From Basidiobolus meristosporus CBS 931.73 (taxonomy: Eukaryota; Fungi; Basidiobolomycota), in NCBI GenBank assembly GCA_002104905.1, contig MCFE01000769.1:1-37965 (forward strand): a stretch of 37,965 nucleotides of DNA, in the 5' to 3' direction. This document shows positions 34,770 through 37,965 of this stretch, piece by piece (the first letter of the stretch is position 1; every line of letters begins with the position of its first letter). The notes below the pieces were generated by a model. That model made no database searches and was not told where the DNA came from. It worked only from the letters and a program-made list of their open reading frames with translations. The position numbers were made by a program, and so were the translations under genes.

Positions 34770-37728
34770 GGGAGACAGTCACCAACAGGTGAAATCTTTA
34801 TTTCAATTGAAACAAAGAAGCCAGCGCTACTGTTGTAGCTTTGATACAAGAGTGTGTAGCTGAGGGGAATTTGTAGGTAAGTTAATAAGAAGTGATGATA
34901 GTTCTTCAGTGCTCAAGACACTGTTCAGTGGGAAGGGGGGTAGCAAGAGAGGTAAGAATGACTTGTGAACAACATTAATGAGGGGAATGTGATAAGGATT
35001 GATATTCATCATAAAGGGAGTGTGCTGCTGCAGATATTGCTGCCAAAGGTCTGTCAAGTACTTCAGGTAGGCCAGCTTGGGTTTTTCTGACTGCAGAATA
35101 AATTCAGCAAACTTCTTGACTTCAGGATCTCCAAGTATGGTTCTCCAGCAGGAGCCAGGTGTTGTGTGGTGTGTTCTCTTCCAGGCCTTAATCAGTGGGT
35201 TGTTGCAGTTGTGAAGTCTGAGGTATAATCTGGTTCTTAGGTAGAGAAGTCTGATCTTATAGGGCATAAACCCAAAAGCACCAAGAATAGCATGTCTGTA
35301 GGGGCATTCAGGCAAATGAGGCACCAAGGAGGTAATGCACCATACTGCAAACTTGTCAAGCTTAGTGCAGTCTCTAGAAGTAAGAGAGAGAAGTGGTAAG
35401 CCAAATTCCAGGACAGGGAAGACAAACTGCTTGAGTAGAAGGATGCAGCTGGGAGCTGAAGTTGTAGGAGGAGTAACAGCCAGTAGCTTGTGGAGTGCCT
35501 GTCTTGCTAGGATAATTCTCTTCTTCAGGTGTGCTCCAGAGTCTAGTCCAGTAGGAAGGAAAGGAAAGCCAAGATATGTAGCAGAAACCTGAGCAGGTAG
35601 AGTGGAGTTCTCCAAGTTGATGGGAGTGCCCAAAGGTACTGTCTTTGCAATGGAAAGCTGGAGATTATTCTTCTGCAGATACTGGTGGATGGTCTGGGAG
35701 ACTTGTTGCACATTGGAGGAGGATATTCTGATGTCATCAGCAAAGAGAGTAACCAGGCAGTCAGCTGAGAGTCTTGGGAAATCATTCAGGAAGATGGCAA
35801 ACAGTATAGGGCCAAGCACAGAGCCTTGAACCACTCCATTAGGAACTGAGAACACTGGTGATTGCTCACTTGGGTGCAGAATTCTTGCTTGTGGATCCAG
35901 AAACAGAGACCTGACAAGGAGGGTGAGAGAGGTACTGGAGAAGCATTGCAACTTGGACCAAAGCAGATTTCTGTCAACTGAATCAAAGGCCTTAGTAATA
36001 TCAAACAGAACAGAGGGATACTTGCACTGGAGAGAGTGATCTTGGCTAAGTATGACTGCATATTCCAAGGAGAGGCCAGGAACAAAGCCAAACTGTGCAG
36101 GATGAAACTTGAGGGAGTCAGAGTAGAGCTCCTGAGCAAGCAGAAGCTCAAACACCTTTCTGCAGGTGGGCAGCAGAGATATAGGTCTGTAGGAGCTAGG
36201 ATCCAGGTGCTTTCCTTTACCCTTGTACAGTGGCAGAACATTTGCAAAGGACCACTCCTCAGGAGTAGAAAGCTGGGCTGAGCATTGCTGAAACAGTGGA
36301 AGCAGAAGTGCAGACATGGCCTTGGTACTAGTCTTCAGAAGCTCATAGGAGATTGTGTCCACACCTGGAGCAGTAGAGTTGGGAAGCCTCTTGAGCACAT
36401 TATGGATTCTCTCTTGATCAAGTGCAAGTGGGATGGGCAGAGTCTTGAAGTCAGGATGAAAGCCAGGAGTTGAGTACTGCTTTGTAGAGAAGAAGATGTT
36501 AGCCAGCTGTTCTGTTGAAGGTAACTTCCTGGAAGAGGGCCTCATTGCCCTGTAGAGTCTTGATACTGTTCTTGTTATAGAGTTGGAAGATTGCAGAGGC
36601 AAGGAACTCATAATATGATCCCAGAGCTGAGTATGCAGAGTGTGGTGAATTGCCTTGGAGTGGTGTATTGCTGTCAGGAGGAGTTTCTCTGTTTTTGGGT
36701 TAGGGAAACTCAGATAGCTTTGTTGCAGGGCTGAAACAATAGATTCCCATTTTCTTGAGGTAACAGCAGTAGTCTTGCATGGCAGTGAGAGGGAGGCAGA
36801 CACCAGAATCAGATGCTTCACAAAGAGCCAGGCATAGTTGAGATCATCTGGCAGAGAAAGTAGCAAACTGGCAAGCTTCAAGTAGTTCCCAAAGTCTTTC
36901 TTCTGATTCTTGGTAGCTTTGTGGGTGAGCACAGTAAGTTTTGGCAGCTTCTTCTTCACAACTGGTTGCATAGAAAGGGACCAGGCTGGGTGGTCAGAGG
37001 CTCTCAAGGATCCTAGCTCAGCTGCAGAGAATTGCTTAACTTCATTCACAAAGTAGAGGGCAGCAGCAGAAGGGCAGATCCAGTCAACACATCTTTTCTC
37101 AGATTGAGCACCTAGTGCTAGCAGATGGCTTTCTCTCAGGAAGTTCAGTAGGAATGTAGACCTTGGCTTCATTCTTGCAGTCAGAGTAGTCTTGTTCTCA
37201 GGATGGGGAATGTTGAGATCTCCAAGCAAGATAATAGGTGTTGATATAGATTGCTGGTATTGCTGAACATTCTGGCATATAACTTGCACTTCCTGAAGGG
37301 GGAGACTTGGAGGCAGATAGCAGAGCACCAGACTGATAGTTGGCAACTGGAGAGCAGCACAGTAAGGGGAGTAAAGAGGAACACAGAGCTGAGGAGTATT
37401 GATGGTAGAAGAGATGAAGCAGATAGAGGATGTATTCTTTGTTCTAGGAGTAGAAAAGCAATATAGATTAGTCAAAAGTATAGAGGGTAGCTGGACATCA
37501 ATCAAACACAGGAGGGAAAATCTTGAAAGAAGTCTCTCTAGAGTTGGTCTTGATGGCTGTATGCTGTTGCAGTTAAGTAACAGAACTTCAGGTAGTCAGG
37601 CAGAGATTGTAGCTTCTTCAGAGGCAGCATTGACAATGTGACCTGCAGAGTCCCAGAGCTCTTCAAATGGTGCATCACTTAAGTCAGCAAGGAGGGAAAT
37701 GGCATGGTTCTTGAGGAAGTATGCCACA
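34770..37728 (-). mobile_element. Telomere-associated non-LTR retrotransposon (APE endonuclease + RT), 5' end capped by the telomere (unit E)
   Basis: Intact ORF2 and a ~57-nt 3' UTR with AATAAA and a stem-loop, joined to CCCTAA repeats with no poly(A). The 5' end runs into the terminal (TTAGGG)n. Confidence 0.93.
34827..37595 (-). CDS. ORF2: APE endonuclease + reverse transcriptase, 922 codons open from 37595, no initiating AUG
   Basis: EN motifs: VLLLNCNSI (upstream of the ORF-track start), LCYLPP, LLGDLN, VDW, SDH. RT motifs: APGVDTI, YKGKG..SYRPISLLP..RKVFE, QFGF, DITKAFDSV, GVVQGSVLGPILF, FADD, YLG. Confidence 0.92.
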   Translation of the reverse strand, partial: LPEVLLLNCNSIQPSRPTLERLLSRFSLLCLIDVQLPSILLTNLYCFSTPRTKNTSSICFISSTINTPQLCVPLYSPYCAALQLPTISLVLCYLPPSLPLQEVQVICQNVQQYQQSISTPIILLGDLNIPHPENKTTLTARMKPRSTFLLNFLRESHLLALGAQSEKRCVDWICPSAAALYFVNEVKQFSAAELGSLRASDHPAWSLSMQPVVKKKLPKLTVLTHKATKNQKKDFGNYLKLASLLLSLPDDLNYAWLFVKHLILVSASLSLPCKTTAVTSRKWESIVSALQQSYLSFPNPKTEKLLLTAIHHSKAIHHTLHTQLWDHIMSSLPLQSSNSITRTVSRLYRAMRPSSRKLPSTEQLANIFFSTKQYSTPGFHPDFKTLPIPLALDQERIHNVLKRLPNSTAPGVDTISYELLKTSTKAMSALLLPLFQQCSAQLSTPEEWSFANVLPLYKGKGKHLDPSSYRPISLLPTCRKVFELLLAQELYSDSLKFHPAQFGFVPGLSLEYAVILSQDHSLQCKYPSVLFDITKAFDSVDRNLLWSKLQCFSSTSLTLLVRSLFLDPQARILHPSEQSPVFSVPNGVVQGSVLGPILFAIFLNDFPRLSADCLVTLFADDIRISSSNVQQVSQTIHQYLQKNNLQLSIAKTVPLGTPINLENSTLPAQVSATYLGFPFLPTGLDSGAHLKKRIILARQALHKLLAVTPPTTSAPSCILLLKQFVFPVLEFGLPLLSLTSRDCTKLDKFAVWCITSLVPHLPECPYRHAILGAFGFMPYKIRLLYLRTRLYLRLHNCNNPLIKAWKRTHHTTPGSCWRTILGDPEVKKFAEFILQSEKPKLAYLKYLTDLWQQYLQQHTPFMMNINPYHIPLINVVHKSFLPLLLPPFPLNSVLSTEELSSLLINLPTNSPQLHTLVSKLQQ

Positions 37729-37730
37729 TA
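37596..37730 (-). pseudogene. C-terminal remnant of the upstream ORF (ORF1), in frame with ORF2, truncated by the telomere
   Basis: Hand translation YVAYFLKNHAISLLADLSDAPFEELWDSAGHIVNAASEEATISA*, ending at TGA 37598-37596. Confidence 0.6.
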
Positions 37731-37965
37731 GGGTTAGGGTTAGGGTTAGGGTTAGGGTTAGGGTTAGGGTTAGGGTTAGGGTTAGGGTTAGGGTTAGGGT
37801 TAGGGTTAGGGTTAGGGTTAGGTTAGGGTTAGGGTTAGGGTTAGGGTTAGGGTTAGGGTTAGGGTTAGGGTTAGGGTTAGGGTTAGGGTTAGGGTTAGGG
37901 TTAGGGTTAGGGTTAGGGTTAGGGTTAGGGTTAGGGTTAGGGTTAGGGTTAGGGTTAGGGTTAGG
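37729..37965 (+). repeat. Telomere (TTAGGG)n, ~39 units to the window end
   Basis: Pure TTAGGG array with one TTAGG variant at ~37818-37822. The G-rich strand runs toward the end. Confidence 0.99.

Noticed and set aside
36697-36705. GGGTTAGGG inside LINE ORF2
   Set aside because: One 9-mer encoding FPNP. Compatible with chance in a sequence of this size.

Overview
Eukaryotic, apparently fungal, chromosome end (GT..CTAAC..AG introns; terminal (TTAGGG)n from 37729). About half the window is transposon debris: a young Ty1/Copia element with its 3' LTR, at least 10 solo, nested or partial LTRs of the same family, degenerate Copia, CACTA and non-LTR relics. CpG-rich gene islands sit between these. 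They hold a divergent pair of a fatty-acid dioxygenase-like heme peroxidase and a class-3 lipase, a small secreted protein, an intronless tandem-GNAT acetyltransferase and an intronless PAF-acetylhydrolase-like alpha/beta hydrolase. The most notable part is the last ~5.3 kb (32474-37728). It is an array of six same-polarity retroelement 3' ends, each fused to a TTAGGG seed or tract. The array includes a non-LTR element with an intact APE-endonuclease + RT reading frame. That frame has no usable AUG, follows a UGA-CUA readthrough-type stop, showed no CpG on my manual scan, and is capped at its truncated 5' end by the telomere. The array also holds a candidate tRNA-derived SINE that shares the LINE's 3' terminus. 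Together these look like a telomere-targeted LINE/SINE system. Coordinates were counted by hand and may be off by a few bases; no database searches were run.
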